Below the pieces are notes generated by a model. The model was not told the origin of the DNA. It ran no database searches and saw only the letters and a program-made list of their open reading frames with translations. The position numbers were made by a program, and so were the translations under genes. A stretch of 64,000 bases of DNA from Antedon mediterranea (Eukaryota > Animalia > Echinodermata), in assembly GCF_964355755.1 (NCBI RefSeq), contig NC_092675.1, positions 14,666,912 to 14,730,911 on the forward strand, read 5' to 3'. Shown one piece after another: positions 23,944 to 37,628 of the stretch (positions within the stretch are counted from its first letter, which is position 1; each line of letters starts with the position of its first letter).

Positions 23944-25754
23944 GATCTGGCAATGCTGGCAAGGAGAGAAAGCAAAGGTGTTATCAGGATTGTTGACGCA
24001 ATCTAGAGATGTATATACGTATAATTTGTCAAATCACTCGCAATTTCTTGATTTTTTAGTCGATAGTGTAAATAAAATTGGTACATAATGTCAATAATGA
24101 TTTTAAGCACCTAATGAAAAACAATAACACTTATTATTACGTTTAGTTGAGCAATTAGTTGTTGACATTAACACAAATTTAGGTTTAACTATTTGTGATA
24201 ACTATTTGGTGGAAAATTAAACACAGAGGACGTATTTGTGATTAAATTGTTATTGATTTATTACAAAACATAGTGGGCGCTATATATTTTTTATAAATGT
24301 ATTGTGTATTGTCTCCGAGTGGAAAAGTTGTAGCAAATAATCAGCTCGCGAATTAAGAGTTATCGAATGGAACACCTATCCAAGTTTTCATAATATGTTC
24401 GTAATTGAGGGAAAGCAACTTAAAGGTGTATTTTCTCCCAAAAATATGAATAATGAGGATTAATAAACAAAATAAGACTTTGAATAGTCCATTTCTTATT
24501 TTTATAACGTGAATTACGAGTACATTCAACAATAAATCCTTAATGTTTTTTCAGGTAAATAATTTTGTGCGATCCAATTTAGTCAAAGAAAATAATTATT
24601 AAATGTTTTTTAAATGGCTTATTCAACAAATACATTGCTAAAAATTGTTTTTTTTTTTCAGGGGGACAATTAGGCCTATCATAAACTTGAGTTCTGTCAA
24701 AAACTAGTTTGACAAAAAGTGTGATTTGCCCAAATATGGTAGTGATATATTTAGTAATGGTAGTGATATGACATCATCATATTCATATGTAACCTTTAGG
24801 CCTACTATTACACAACCTGCAAAACACAAAAAAACTCAAACTCGTATAGAAGTGTAAGAAATTGCTTTTTTTGTGTTGCTCACTTAAGACTCTGACTGCG
24901 AATGGTCTTCCTGACCATTTGCAACAAAAACGAGTCAAACAAGTATAGAAGTGTAAGAAATTGCTTTTTTGGTGTTGCTCACTTAAGCGAATGGTCTTCT
25001 TGACACTTTTCATTTGAATGTCCTGCGTTCAATGAGATAAGGACCGATGAAAATACAAGGTTATAGTTTCAACTGCAATTATTTGATTACAATGAAATTT
25101 CGGAGTTATTCATTAATGGCAACACTGACGTTAAATTATATCTTACTCTGGGAAGTGAAAATTATCTCTTCAGCAAGGAAGTTATGAATATTTTTGATAG
25201 GTTTTGTAAAGCACATGTTAAAAGATTATGGAAAAAATAGATAAATTAAGAGGCGTCTGGTTCTGTATTGCAGTGTAATTTTGTAATAGTAAAATTAGGT
25301 TTAGTTTTTTAGATAACTAATTGTTTAAAAGTGTCTGTTAATTGTTTTCGTCATAATAATTCTTTTACTTTTGCCTATTTATATTTGTATAAACAGTTAC
25401 TGTAAATACAATAGTGACTCCATGTTTTCCCTTTTTTTTAAAGCAGGTATGCATATTAACAGTTATGGTCTAAGTGGTTGCCTTTTTAATTAAGTAGCGG
25501 TGGTGGTGAACAGACTTGTTGTTTTTTTTGCTCGCTCACCAGGCCTCATCCTAACAAATGCCAATGGCCTCGCTACTCGAATCAACTCCAGACATGGAAG
25601 AATCTGACGATGCTGTTTTAAAAGCAATTCATACTGCTTTATCTGAATCGACAAAAGCTTCACCTATAACAAAACTACGAAGTGGAAAAGATACCGGACC
25701 AACTTAGACGCGGTGCTGTCCAAGGTTATTTCTACAATTCAACCTATGCTAATT

Positions 25755-28700
25755 AGGTGATCATTTAAAATAAAATGATCACCTATTGTTATTGTAAAAA
25801 ATCTTTATTAGGTGATCATTTAGAATAATGATCACCTATTGTTATTGTACAAAATCTTTATTATTGTTTTCCTTGTTGTTATTATTCTTCTTTCTGTACA
25901 CTTTTTGTGTAACAATTATCTCAAAAAGTTAAATAGCAATGATTTCAAAAATGTTACAATGTCTTTCAAATTCTTTAACTTAACCATAATAAGCTTTTAC
26001 AAGATACAAGATACAAGATAACTTTATTGTCAAAATTGTTAACAATTTCGAGATATGTTTTGTACCTGAGTAGAATAAATAATACGATGTGATAACTATA
26101 TAAATAAATACAAATGATACAAGTGACTATCTTGAAAAGTTTTTGTTAAATAAATTGCATGCTATGTACATTGGTGAAAGTATGAAACGGTTTGTGGATA
26201 TTTTTTCCTGTGTCAGTCTAACCCTTCCTGATTTACTTATAATGATATCTGAATGTAATGGGTGTGATGGGTCTTGCATAATTGTGTCAAATTTCTTAAG
26301 TATGAATGTATTAAACATTTCATCTAAAGATTTCACTTCTACACCGATAACTCTGCTGGCCTTGTTTAATCTAATCTCTGAATTTGACTTTTACTGTTTA
26401 CATTGATATGAGAAAACCAAAACAATAATACAATAAGAAATGATTGATTGAACAACAGAGGAATAAATCACATGAATGAGAACTAACATTAAACCGTTTC
26501 ATTTTGTATATAAAGTACATTCTCTTATTAGCCTTGGTATGGAGTTCTTTAGTGTTGCTCTCCCAATTTAGTTTATTATCAATTATTAATCCCAAGTACT
26601 TATGACTTTTTACTATTTCAACAATTTCATTATCGATTTCAATATTTACATGATTAGTTTTATTTTTCCTTCTAAAATCGACAATAACCTCTTTAGTTTT
26701 TTTGGCATTTAGTTCAAGAAAATTTTGTTTACACCAGACTACAAAATGTTCAACATATTCATTAAACAGGGATGTATTATCATTTGAAATTAAACCAACT
26801 AGGCAAGTATCATCTGCAAACTTAACATTAAATGATTTACTTGGGTCAATATCACTATAAAAATCAGAATATAATGAAAAAAGTAAGGGTGAGAGAACGC
26901 ATCCTTGTGGTGCACCTGTATTACAAGTTAACTGCTTAGATACGCTACCCCTAAACTTAACAATCTGTGTTATTTCATTTAAGAAATCAGAAATCCAGAG
27001 ATTTAATCATGGATTTATTCCTAACTTTAATAATTTATCTGTAAGTAAATGAGGCTGAATTGTGTTGAACGCTGCAGAAAAATCTAAAAATAATATTCTA
27101 GCATAGTTATTCGGATATTCAAGATGACCATATACCTTTTGCGTGAGCGTCATAACTGCGTCAACTACGCCCCTTTTTTCCCTATAAGCAAATTGGTTGC
27201 TATCAATCATACCCTTTGTCTCATTATTTAATATATTTTTTATCATTTTCTCAAAGCATTTCATGGGGATGGCTGTTAATGCCACTGGCCTATAGTCATT
27301 GCAAACAGTACATTTATAATTTTTTGGAATCGGTGTGATAATAGCAGACTTCCAAAGGGTTGGTACATGACATACATCAACCGACCACTGAAATAGGTAA
27401 TGAAAAATATACTTTAATTGAAAATAACAGGTCTTCAGAACTTTCCCTGAGATTTGATCTGGCCCTGTGGCTTTCTATGACTTGACTTTATTAGGGTTTG
27501 TTCCATATCAGTTATATTAATTAGGATATTGTTATTTCCTTCTTCTCTGATTGAGCTCTTAGTATTTTCATTTTGATTTTTCCCATAAATCCGAAAAGTC
27601 ACTTTTTTCAAACCTGACATAAAAAGTATTTATGTTATCCGCTGTGATGTCAGTATCCTTACTCTTATTTACTGCAACTTTGTAATTACCCGTAACTTTA
27701 TTCATACTTTTCTAAACGGTCTTGATATCACCCGACTTAAATGTGTCCTCAGTGTGTTTGGCATAGTTCTGCTTATCTCTTTTAATTACTCGTCTCACTT
27801 CTCTAATTTTACTGGCTTCGAAATCTCCTTGTTTAAACGTTTCATATTTTTCTTTCATTAGTAATCTTAATTTCTTTGAAACCCATGGTTTATTATTTGC
27901 ATAGATTTTTACGAATTTGATTTGTACAATGGAGTCCTCACATCTTTCTACCGTGTCGTCAAGTGAATTGCTCTTAAACGTATCCCAACCTGTTCTATCA
28001 AAACAATCCTTTAGATCATTTATAGCAACTTCTGACCATATCTTGACCGGTTTTTTAATGATGTTAAATTTTCTTAATTTCTGCTTATACTTTGGCAATA
28101 ATTGAATAAGATTGTGATCCGATTTCCCAATTCCATTTTTTGCTTTTGCCAGGTACGCATTCGGTATATTTCCATAACATTCATCCAATATGCTGTCTTT
28201 CCTCGTCGGTACCTTCACGTATTGATGCCAATGAGGTAGTGATCTTTTGAGCATGCAATGATTGAAGTCGCCTAACACCAGCTTTAACGCATCTGGTGAC
28301 TCACTCTCTAATAATCTCATTTCATGTGCGACTTTTTTCCCTGCTTCTATACGACTTCCTTCTTGTTGAACATATGCAACTGACACAAAGATCTGTGGTA
28401 TTTCTCTCGGCAAGTAAAAAGGGCGTAGTGCAATCACAATGAATTCAGCATCTTGACAGCAATGTTTGTTTACTACCTTGATGTTGTTACACCAACGTGT
28501 GTTAATGTATGCGCAGACAAAACCGCCTCCCTCTTTTCCTGTAACATGCAGATCTCTATCTCCCCACACGCATGAGAACCCATCAATACTGACATCTGCA
28601 GTGGTATGTTGGTCTTTAAACCGCGTTTCGGTGAAACACAGTAAGCTAGATTCTCGGAAGTCTTGTAATGCCATACACGCTTCCAGTTGATCGAGCTTGT

Positions 28701-29258
28701 TACACAGGGATTGAGCATTTCCAAAATTAACAGTTGATAGAGGAAGACGATTTAATCGTCTGAGCCTTTCCTTAATTCCCCCTCTGCGTCCCCCTCCTTT
28801 TACGTGGCTTTGGATTGTAATTTAGTCAAAGTTATACATATTTCAAAGAGCGCGCATTGCGCTTCTACGTGTCAAATTTTCTTCCAATTCCTAAATATAT
28901 TTGATCAATTCATTATCTTTCGAAATTGTCATCTTCAAATTTATTTGATAATTCCATCATACCAAAAAATTAGAACATGATGTGTGTCCCGTAATTTCAC
29001 CTACGCTACACTGTATATAGATATACAGTATATACTGTACATATTGTATATATTGTATAGTTGTACCTATTATATGCCATATTGTATATGGCATATAATA
29101 GGTACAACTATACACTATGCACTATAAGCGTATGCATCATGTCATAGGATTTTACGATCGTATGTTAACGTACATGCATGTTTTAAAAAAATTATTTTCA
29201 GTAAAATGATAAAAATGATCACCTATAATTCGTCAAAGTGACGAATTAAATTCTAGTT
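25755..29258 (-). mobile_element. HINE/Helentron-type non-autonomous element inserted at TT in LINE ORF1
   Basis: Duplicated hairpin AGGTGATCATTT..AATGATCACCT (25755-25837). Subterminal GATCACCTATAATTCGTC-AAAGT-GACGAATT...CTAGTT at 29217-29258. Removing it restores ORF1 (PMLI|SIVSAAV). Confidence 0.65.
26000..28817 (-). mobile_element. Rex1/Babar-clade LINE, degraded and 5'-truncated
   Basis: APE CFTET, RPFYLPRE, GDFNH, SDH. RT FLDFSAAFNTIQPH, TGAPQGCVLSPLLFSLY, KFADDT. (TATCTTG)n tail at 26000-26020. Many stops and frameshifts. Confidence 0.85.
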
Positions 29259-31346
29259 TCAATTGTGTCTGCAGCTGTGAACGCATCGACCAAGCACATG
29301 ATCGAGCTTCTCGCAAAGGGTGACAAAGAAAGGAACATGGCGATAGATGCAGCAGTGAACTCTGTGAGTAGAATTAAAAGTGAAGTACAGTTAAATAGAT
29401 TTGCGCTCGATAGATTAGAGCAATATAGTCGAAGAGGCAACATCAAAATATATGGCATACCAGAAGCTAGTAATGAATCCACGGACGACTTAGTTATAAA
29501 TATATAACAGCATCGTCAGATTCTTCCTGTCTGGAGTTGATTCGAGTAGCGAGGCCATTGGCATTTGTTAGGATGAGGTCTGGGGAGTGAGCAAAAAAAC
29601 ACGTCTGTTCACCACCACCGCTACTTAATTAAAAAGGCAACCACTTAGACCATAACTGTTAATATGCATACCTGCTTTTAAAAAAGGGAAAACATGGGGT
29701 CACTATTGGATTATATAAAGCTTAAATGTGTGTGGACTGAGGAGTAAACTCCAACTGGGTGTGTTAGAACAATATTTATGTAATTCAGACTTCGTATGTC
29801 GGAAACGAAATCGGATTCAATTGATGCTAATGATATTGAGGGATTTGTCCCATCTGTGAAACTGGCTAGGGAGGGCGAGCGTTTTGGTGGTTTTCACGGT
29901 CTTTGTATCCTTGTAAAAGAAGATATTTCCCAATACTGTAATCTGATATCTGGATGTAAGTCGGAAGCTGCTCTATGGATTAAAGTAGATACAGAGGCAT
30001 ACGGGCTTGAATTTGTGTTAGGTTCAGTGTATGTTCCTTACGAAGGCTAAGTTTTTTATAACAACGATTTATTTGACTCACTGGAATTCGACGTCATACA
30101 CATAAATATTACTCTGTACAACCCACCCATATAGTAATGATGGGAGATTTCAACTCTCGCACAGGCGTATTTAATGATTGTATTGCAATTGAACAGGAAA
30201 TCGCAGATGTATCTGGTATCGACACAGAGGAAGAGGACATATTGACACATGTGAGCCCGATAAACAAATACAAGGAAACAAATATTGGTTGTAAAGTTAT
30301 TTAATATGAATGGCAAGTCATCGTTGCAGCATGCACGTAAAAGGAAAACATAAAAAAGGAACATTGGGATGCTCTGAAAGGGCCAAAACACATGTCTCAA
30401 AATCGTAATTGAAAACAAAATAGAGAGGGAGCGGAGGGAGGGAAGTGAAAATTATTTTACTTAGCAAAAAACTGGCGTGGTAATCTGTTGACAGCGTGAG
30501 GTGAAGAGGATGAGATGCTCACGCTGTCAAAAGATGATTGCGAGGGCACCCCACAATCACGTGATTTTGACACATGTGAGCCCGATAAACAAATACAAGG
30601 AAACAAATATTGGTTGTAAAGTTATTTAATATGAATGGCAAGTCATCGTTGCAGCATGCACGTAAAAGGAAACATTGGGATGCTCTGAAAGGGCCAACAC
30701 AGTTGGCAACGAAGGGGCCAACGAAGCAGCCCAAATTAAGTGCAGGTAGAACCGATGACAAGCCATTCAGATGATGGTGCAACATATGTTGACACCCAGA
30801 ACGTATAGAAACTATGTGCATAGTCTACCTGGAGCAACATGTGTTGACTCCAGTACCCGGTTGACCATTAGCGCCTGATAGGTGGAGCAACCAAATATTG
30901 ACATCGAAAAACGTATAGAAACACCTACATTAGTCTACCTGGAGCAACATGTGTTGACTCCAGTACATGTTTAAACATTTTAATTAGGTAGGCAGTGCAA
31001 CCAAATTTTGATACCAAAAAACGTATTATAGAAACAATCTACATTAGTCTGCCTGGGGCAACATGTGTTGAATCCAGTACGCGTTTGAGAATTGAGTTTA
31101 ATAAACGGTGCAACCATGTTGACACCGAAAACATATAAATAACTTATTAGTCTACCTGGAGCAACGTGTTGACTCCGATTGAACATATGATTATAATTGG
31201 CGGTGCAACCTATGCTGTCAGCGAAAGAAAACAAAAATGAAATAAGTAAAACGATAAACAGAAAAAATAAGTATCAAACTTTGTTTAAGCTTGACGCTAA
31301 TACCCAGTCATGCTTAGGAAATATGCCAACCAGCCAGCACCCATAT

Positions 31347-32210
31347 TTACAACGCTGTATTTGACAAAGTTATGTGGTTCGACCATCGTCCAAAAGTCAT
31401 AATGTCTTGGTGAGAGTGTCCAAGTTGGTGAAGGTCGGTAGCTCGACCGATTCTGAAAGAATGAGTGTTAAACTGTGTATGTTCCAGACTAGCATGGCGA
31501 GCTAATTGTTTAAGCGACGAGGAAAACATTTTCCTATTTACTGGTGTTCCATTTTTAAGCAGGAAGAACGGGCCTGCCTTCAGTGGTCGCATCTTGACGT
31601 AGCGTTGCAATGCTCTCACTGGGCATATTGGGCTTCCGGATTTTTTTGTGCAAGACGAAAAGGAGGTGAGGAACGCTTAGAGTGTTTGAAAGATTTGAAG
31701 TTTATTTGGACTTTAGTAGCATGTACTGTGATATCAGTTAGCATTAGTGTGTGTTCTGCGGCCTTGGAGACTACTGCTTCACTGGCTCTGAGGCATGCGA
31801 AGTAACATATTATGAACAAGGCTCTGTAGAGGATGAATTCGTATTTGGATTTCATGCTACCTCGCATATGTCCAATTAGCGTTACAAGAATATCGGAGGT
31901 GACCGGCGGTCTGATCGGTTTGGATGGAGAGTTCGTTTTTTTGTTTTGCTACTCCTCTGCATAAATTGCTGACTGCTGGATTTGCCGTAGGGTCTTCCAT
32001 AAATGATACCCTGTGCACGAATGACATTGCGCTAAGGTAGTTTCGAATCGTGGAAATCGCCAGTGCATTTTTAGTCAGCTTACTTACATAGAGAACAATT
32101 GTCTGTGGAGTCGCTGGTAGCGGAAGGCTTAGTGATTTCCTGAATTGGTTAAAATGGTGCCATTTGCTTTTATAGTTACTAGCGGTTCTTTTGCTTAATG
32201 AGTTCCACAT
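31347..32210 (-). pseudogene. Ngaro tyrosine recombinase (frameshifted)
   Basis: N-terminal TASNY..W..F, TIRNYLSAMSFVH. Catalytic FACLRASE, HSK, THSFRIGRAT, GRWS. Confidence 0.88.
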
Positions 32211-33500
32211 TAGCTCTCGTGTGAGGATCTTGAGTTGTTTAGTGGTTCGAAGTAGATTGGTTGTAAGTGCTTTGGTATCTTTAGCGGTGTGCGGTTCATA
32301 CTGTGCTCCTCTAGCATGGCCTCCGTTTCCTGAAAACGAGAAAGAGCGTCACGTATCCTGTTTTGCTTACCAGGGATGTGCCTGGCTGTAAACTCAATGT
32401 TGTTTAGTAGTAACAAAAGGACGATAGCGCGAACCACTCTCATGACCTTTTCGTTTGATGACGATTTTTTGTTAAGCACATATACATCAGCTAGGTTATC
32501 ACAGTGGAAAACTACATGGGTGTTGGCTAGCTGTTTTGCAAAAATCGAAAGCATGACATAGATGGGGTAAATTTCGAGAACCATGATGTCGAACATTTTC
32601 CAAGATTCCGGCCAGCGGCCTTGAATCCAGAACTTTTGGAAGGTCGCACCCAGTGCGGTTTTTGAGGCATCAGAGGAGAAATGTAAACGCTGCGAGTCAA
32701 ATTTTTGTGGAGGTGAAAAATGGTAACGCCATTGTGTTTGCTAAGAAAGTCGACCCAAATTTGGAGATCCTCCTTTGCTGAGTCAGAAAGGTGAATAGTT
32801 GAAAAGGGGTTAGTTAGATCGGCCGTTAGGGCATAAAGCCTTCTTAGGAACGCCAGTCCAGAGGGTATAACCCAGGAGGCAAATTGTAGCTTTTCAAGGA
32901 GATTGGAGGGCTCTCAATGTAGTTGAATGAAGTTTTGAACTTTAAAGGGAGTAACGTAATTTTATTATCTCAGATGGAAGCCTGTCTTACATTTTCTGTA
33001 AATCAAGTTCAATACCCAGGAAAGAAATGGTGGTGGTGGGTGAAATTGTTTTGTGCGGTGCTAGAGGTATGCCAAAGCGGTCAGCAAGCGCTTTGGATAT
33101 CTTCAAGGAGTTCGCACACAGTTGGTGTGTGTCTTCAATGACGAGGATGTCGTCTAATATTTTCACGTTATTGGGCTGTTGTAACTTTTTTGTAAGGAAA
33201 ACTTATTGAATATTTGACACGAAGATCCGCCGCCTTGGGGAAGCGTTTTATCGTAGTAATACTGGCCTAACCACGTGAGACCTGTGAGGTGATATTGAGT
33301 GGGATGTAAATGTATTAGTCTGTATGCGTCACTGGTGTCCGTCTTAGCCATGAATGCCGGGTGATTGTATATGTCAATTATGTCTATTGCGTTGGCAATT
33401 GTTTCGTAATGAACTGTTATGCAAAACCCAGGGATGTTGTGATTGACAGCGTTTGAGTCGTAGGGATAGGAGAGGTTGTGGAGGATACGACATTTTTCAG
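32210..33500 (-). pseudogene. Ngaro RT/RNase H (disrupted)
   Basis: HNLSYP, MAKTDTSDAYR, YYDKTLPQG, ILDDI. RNase H SDAS, LEIYPI, FHCDN, HIPGKQN.IRDALSR. Confidence 0.85.
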
Positions 33501-34500
33501 GTACGGAATTTCCGGAAGGTTGTTGATGATAGCTTGGGAGTTAGTTGCTGTAAAAGCAGTCCCATGTAAGGTAGAAGCCATGAGCGAAACATTGGGTTAA
33601 GTAAGCGTGGTGTTTGTAACCAGATAGAAGTGCGCTTATTCTAGTGGGAATTATTGGGATCCCGAGCACTGAAAAACGAGTGGCGATACTGACAGTTTGT
33701 CTGGACACATCTATAGAATCTGTTATGGTGGGAGATACAGAAGCCGAGTGGACGCTCCACGGTTGGATGGGTTAGAGGTTTATGGTTAGCTCGTTGCGTC
33801 TAGTTTATGCAGGATCGAACCGATGACCAAGAGCAAAGTGTGTACTCCCTAGCCATTCGAAATTATCAGTCGTAAAAGTACCATTAATTTGGATGACTGC
33901 GCATGATGTATTTAATATACTTAAAATAATTTAAGATGTCCTGCGTGTATTTACTTAAATAAAATTGTGGCAAAGTCGTGAAAGGCCTAGTGCCAGTTGT
34001 GTGCGTTTAAGATGCGGCATTTGGGCTTAGGCACAAGTTCAAAGGTACCAGTGAACGTTAGCGTCAAAGCTTCAGCTGCGCTGTTGAAGTCGAGCAGATT
34101 CTGCAGCTCGATGAATTTGTGGGAGATTAGTTTCTCTTTAAGTTTTTGACAAGGTAGGGGGTTTGAGGAAGAGAGCTGCCGGTAGATTTGGCTTACCGAC
34201 ATTAATCTCAACCACAGAAGTTACCAGGGTTTCGACGATATGCCTCATGTCCTTTGATTCTTTATTTATGTCAAGTTCAGGTACTGGCACGGTTCTTTTT
34301 TGGTGCCGTATTTTTTACCTCATGTTAGTTCTTTTCCGTCCTGACATGGTGTATCTGTAAGAAAATCTTTGTGCAATTAAGACGGAAAGAAAAATGTGGG
34401 TGGACAGATATCATCAAGTTGCAGGGGAAAAAGGCCCTGCAACCATGTTAAAGGAGTGAATAAAGATTGGAAACAATGAGTCAGCATTGGGGTAGAGAAT

Positions 34501-35425
34501 GAACCAGCATGAGTCATTTAATGAAATGCTGTACTTAGAGGAGGGTGATAAGACACCACCGCTGTATGGGGTGATAGTAGGGGGACCAGCATGAGTCACA
34601 TAATGAATGCTGTACTTAAGAGCATGAGTGATAAAACACCGCCGTATGTGGGGGTAGTTAATGAACCCGCATAAGTAATTATGTGGTGGTAGTAGGGGAA
34701 CCAGCATGAGTCATATAATGAATGCTGTACTTAAGAGCATGAGTGATAAAACACCGCCGTATGTGGGGGTAGGTAATGAACCAGCATAAGAAATTATGTG
34801 GTGGTAGTAGGGAAACCAGCATGAGTCATAATATAATGAATGCTGTACTTAAGAGCATGAGTGATAAAACACCGCCGTATGTGGGGGTAGGTAATGAACC
34901 AGCATAAGACATTATGTGGTGGTAGTAGGGAAACCAGCATGAGTCATATAATGAATGCTGTACTTAGGAGCATGAGTGATAAAACACCGCCGTATGTGGG
35001 GGTAGTTAATACCAGCATAAGTAATTATGTGGTGGTAGTATGGGAACCGGCATGAGTCATAATGAATGCTGTACTTAAGAGGATGAGTGATAAAACACCG
35101 GCGTATGTCGGCGTATGATCGAACCAGCATAAGTAATTTATGTGGTGGTAGTATGGGAACCAGCATGAGTCATATATGAATGCTGTACTTAAGAAGATGA
35201 GTGATAGTGATAAAACACCGCTGTATGTGGGGGTAGTTAATGAACCAGCATAAGTAATTTATGTGGTGGTAGTATGGGAACCAGCATGAGTCATATAATG
35301 AATGCTGTACTTAAGAGGATGAGTGATACAACACCGGCGTATGTCGGCGTATGAACCAGCATAAGTCAATTATGTGGTGGTAGTATAGGAACCAGCATCA
35401 TATCGTCATAATGAATGCTGTACTT
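34501..35425. repeat. ~114-bp tandem repeat (~8 copies) inside Ngaro
   Basis: GAACCAGCATGAGTCA...AATGAATGCTGTACTTAAG...GTGATAAAACACCG recurs at ~34699, 34813, 34931, 35044, 35157, 35278 and elsewhere. Confidence 0.9.
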
Positions 35426-35754
35426 GATAAGATGAATGCTATACTAACTATAAACCATTCAGGTTTGTGCAAAATATTTGCCAGTTTAGCGTAGCATCAA
35501 GAAAGAAAAACAACAAGTTATTATTTATTTCTTTTGGATGTAAAACAATGGGAAAATAATAAATGGTGTCAACAGTGTATTGCCTGGCATTTTGTTTTGT
35601 TTATTCTGTTTAATTATGTATTTATTTTCCTCTAAAATCCGGTTCCGGATTGTCCACAGTGACTGCAGTAGTAGTAACAGATAATAAGATTGTTGTTATT
35701 TAATGGCATAAGTTAGCATAAGAGGCTCCGTGCATTAAAGCAGACCTTACTTTT

Positions 35755-36000
35755 TAACTAGGTCATTCGATCCGAGGTCGATTATCAAAAATCTGGCTTG
35801 AATGTTGCCACTTGATTTACAAAATTAGTTAGGTCGTTTATCTTTAGGCCAGGCACCCCCCAAAGAACAGTATTATCATAGTGATGACTGATTCGGAAGT
35901 CAGGCAAAGGTCGATGTGAACCGAGTATGGAGTCGGACGAATTACCCAAGCCGTGATGGAAAGCGAGGCTTTCGCTCAAACCAGAAACGAATGAGTTGAG
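35755..36000 (-). pseudogene. SGNH/GDSL hydrolase-like remnant in Ngaro
   Basis: SFV...LWGVPGLKI...FKPDF, then after a frameshift IIDLGSNDL (SGNH block III GxND). Confidence 0.6.
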
Positions 36001-37024
36001 CCTAGCCTAGGACACAACCAGACAACATAATTACAGAAAAGTACGAAAAATCGAACAGAATGGGGGTAAGATAAGGTGTTAGATAAATTCCAGTCAAAGT
36101 ATATTGTGTGAGTTCACACAGCCTATAAGTGTATGAGGATAAAATGAACTGGTAAATGTAAAAGTGAAAATTATTTTACTTAGCTAAAAACTGGCGTGGT
36201 AATCTGTTGACAGCGTGAGGTGAAGAGGATGACATGCTCACGCTGTCAAAAGATGATTGCGAGGGCGCCCCGCAATCACGTGATATTCTTTACCAAATCA
36301 AAATTGAAAGACTTTGGGATTGAAGTTAGGAGATTTAATAATGACCACCTAGTTAATAACAATGGTCGAAAGCTGGTTCAAATGTGTAGAAATCTAAACC
36401 TTTTAATTGTAAATGGCAGATGTGGTGTTGATAAGGAAACTGGTAAAGCAACATGCCACAAAGGTGGTGAGTATTGTAGATTATGTACTTGCTTCCCCGA
36501 GACTACATTGTTAGAAATAATGATTATGTAACTGTTAAAAACACCTGGAATCACAGTCTTGCAATGCCATTTCATGATGCGTGCGGTAGAGTTGCTATAA
36601 CTAACCTGAACACAAAAATGTATAAAACGAACGCTAATAATATATCAAATGACGAGATGGATTCTTTAGTTAAGAACTTAGATAACATATATATGGTTTC
36701 AGCTAAAAAAACTAAATATACTTAAAACAAATATACCTAATACTTCTCCTGCTAAAAAAAGAAAGCCCACTTCAAACAAGCCATGGTTTAATAAAGAATG
36801 TAAAAACAAACGAATTGAATATGTAAAGGCAAAAAATAAACTTTAAAAAACTAATTCAACAGAGGCAACAGAACTATTAAGAAATCTAAAAACACAAAAT
36901 CCTAAACATTATTTGGCTATTCTGAACAAAGAAAAGATGTTAAAAATGCAGATATAAGTTTAGGTATATTTAGAGAACACTTTAAAAAATTGAGTGAAAG
37001 TAAAGATAACGAGGATAGTGATTT

Positions 37025-37628
37025 TATCACCTGTAATCACCTGTCTTGTCGGGCTCGTAAGTAGACCATCCATTTCTGTATGGTACATGTCATGCCCTCC
37101 CAATTTCTTCAAGTCATCCTTGCATGTTTTTTTTTGTTTGTTTTTTTTCATTCGTTTCCTTGATTTAAATTCTTCTGCAATACACTTTATCCCATAAAAG
37201 TAAATTTGTTGTATTTTCTTTCAATGAATTTATCAAGTTTATTTTTAAAGGCGTTTACTGTGGTAGTGTTAACGGCTTCCTCTGGTAGACTATTCCATAG
37301 GTTAACAATTCTGTAAGAAAAATTGTACTTGCGGATATCCAGTTTAGGTCGTCGCTTATATTATGGTGTATCTATGTCTTCTTAGGTTTCTCTCGTATGT
37401 TTCCATAGGGAAGAAGTTACGCATTCCACTACCACTTGCCTGTCACCATTTTAAAAACTTGAATCATATTTCCTCGTAATCTTCTAAAGGCCAATGTTGG
37501 TAGATTTAGTCGTTTTAGGCGTTCTGTATAATCCAGGTCTTTTAATGATGGAATTGCTTTTGTTGCCCTCCTTTGAACTTTTTCAATGCATGTTATATCT
37601 TTACGAAGAAACGGAGACCATACACAGT
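37025..37628 (-). mobile_element. CR1-clade LINE 3' fragment
   Basis: VWSPFLRKDITCIEKVQRRATK...LNLPTLAFRRLRG...FSYRIVNLWNSLP...AFKNKLDK, followed by a 3' UTR with repeated CAGGTGAT. Confidence 0.8.

Larger units (their letters stand above)
30244..36282 (-). mobile_element. Ngaro-type tyrosine-recombinase retrotransposon with split direct repeats
   Basis: A1 (36162-36282), ORFs, B1 (30569-30696), A2 (30443-30563), B2 (30244-30385). RT, RNase H and YR remnants present. Confidence 0.88.
25409..37020 (+). mobile_element. Decayed RTEX-like LINE hosting nested insertions
   Basis: ORF1 pieces at 25564-25754 and 29259-29507 (LDRLEQYSRRGNIKIYGIPE). APE at ~29720-30243 (SLNVCGL, SETK, GSVYVP, MGDFNSRTG) resumes at 36283 (VNNNGRKLVQMC..NLLIVNGR, KPWFNKEC). 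Confidence 0.7.
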
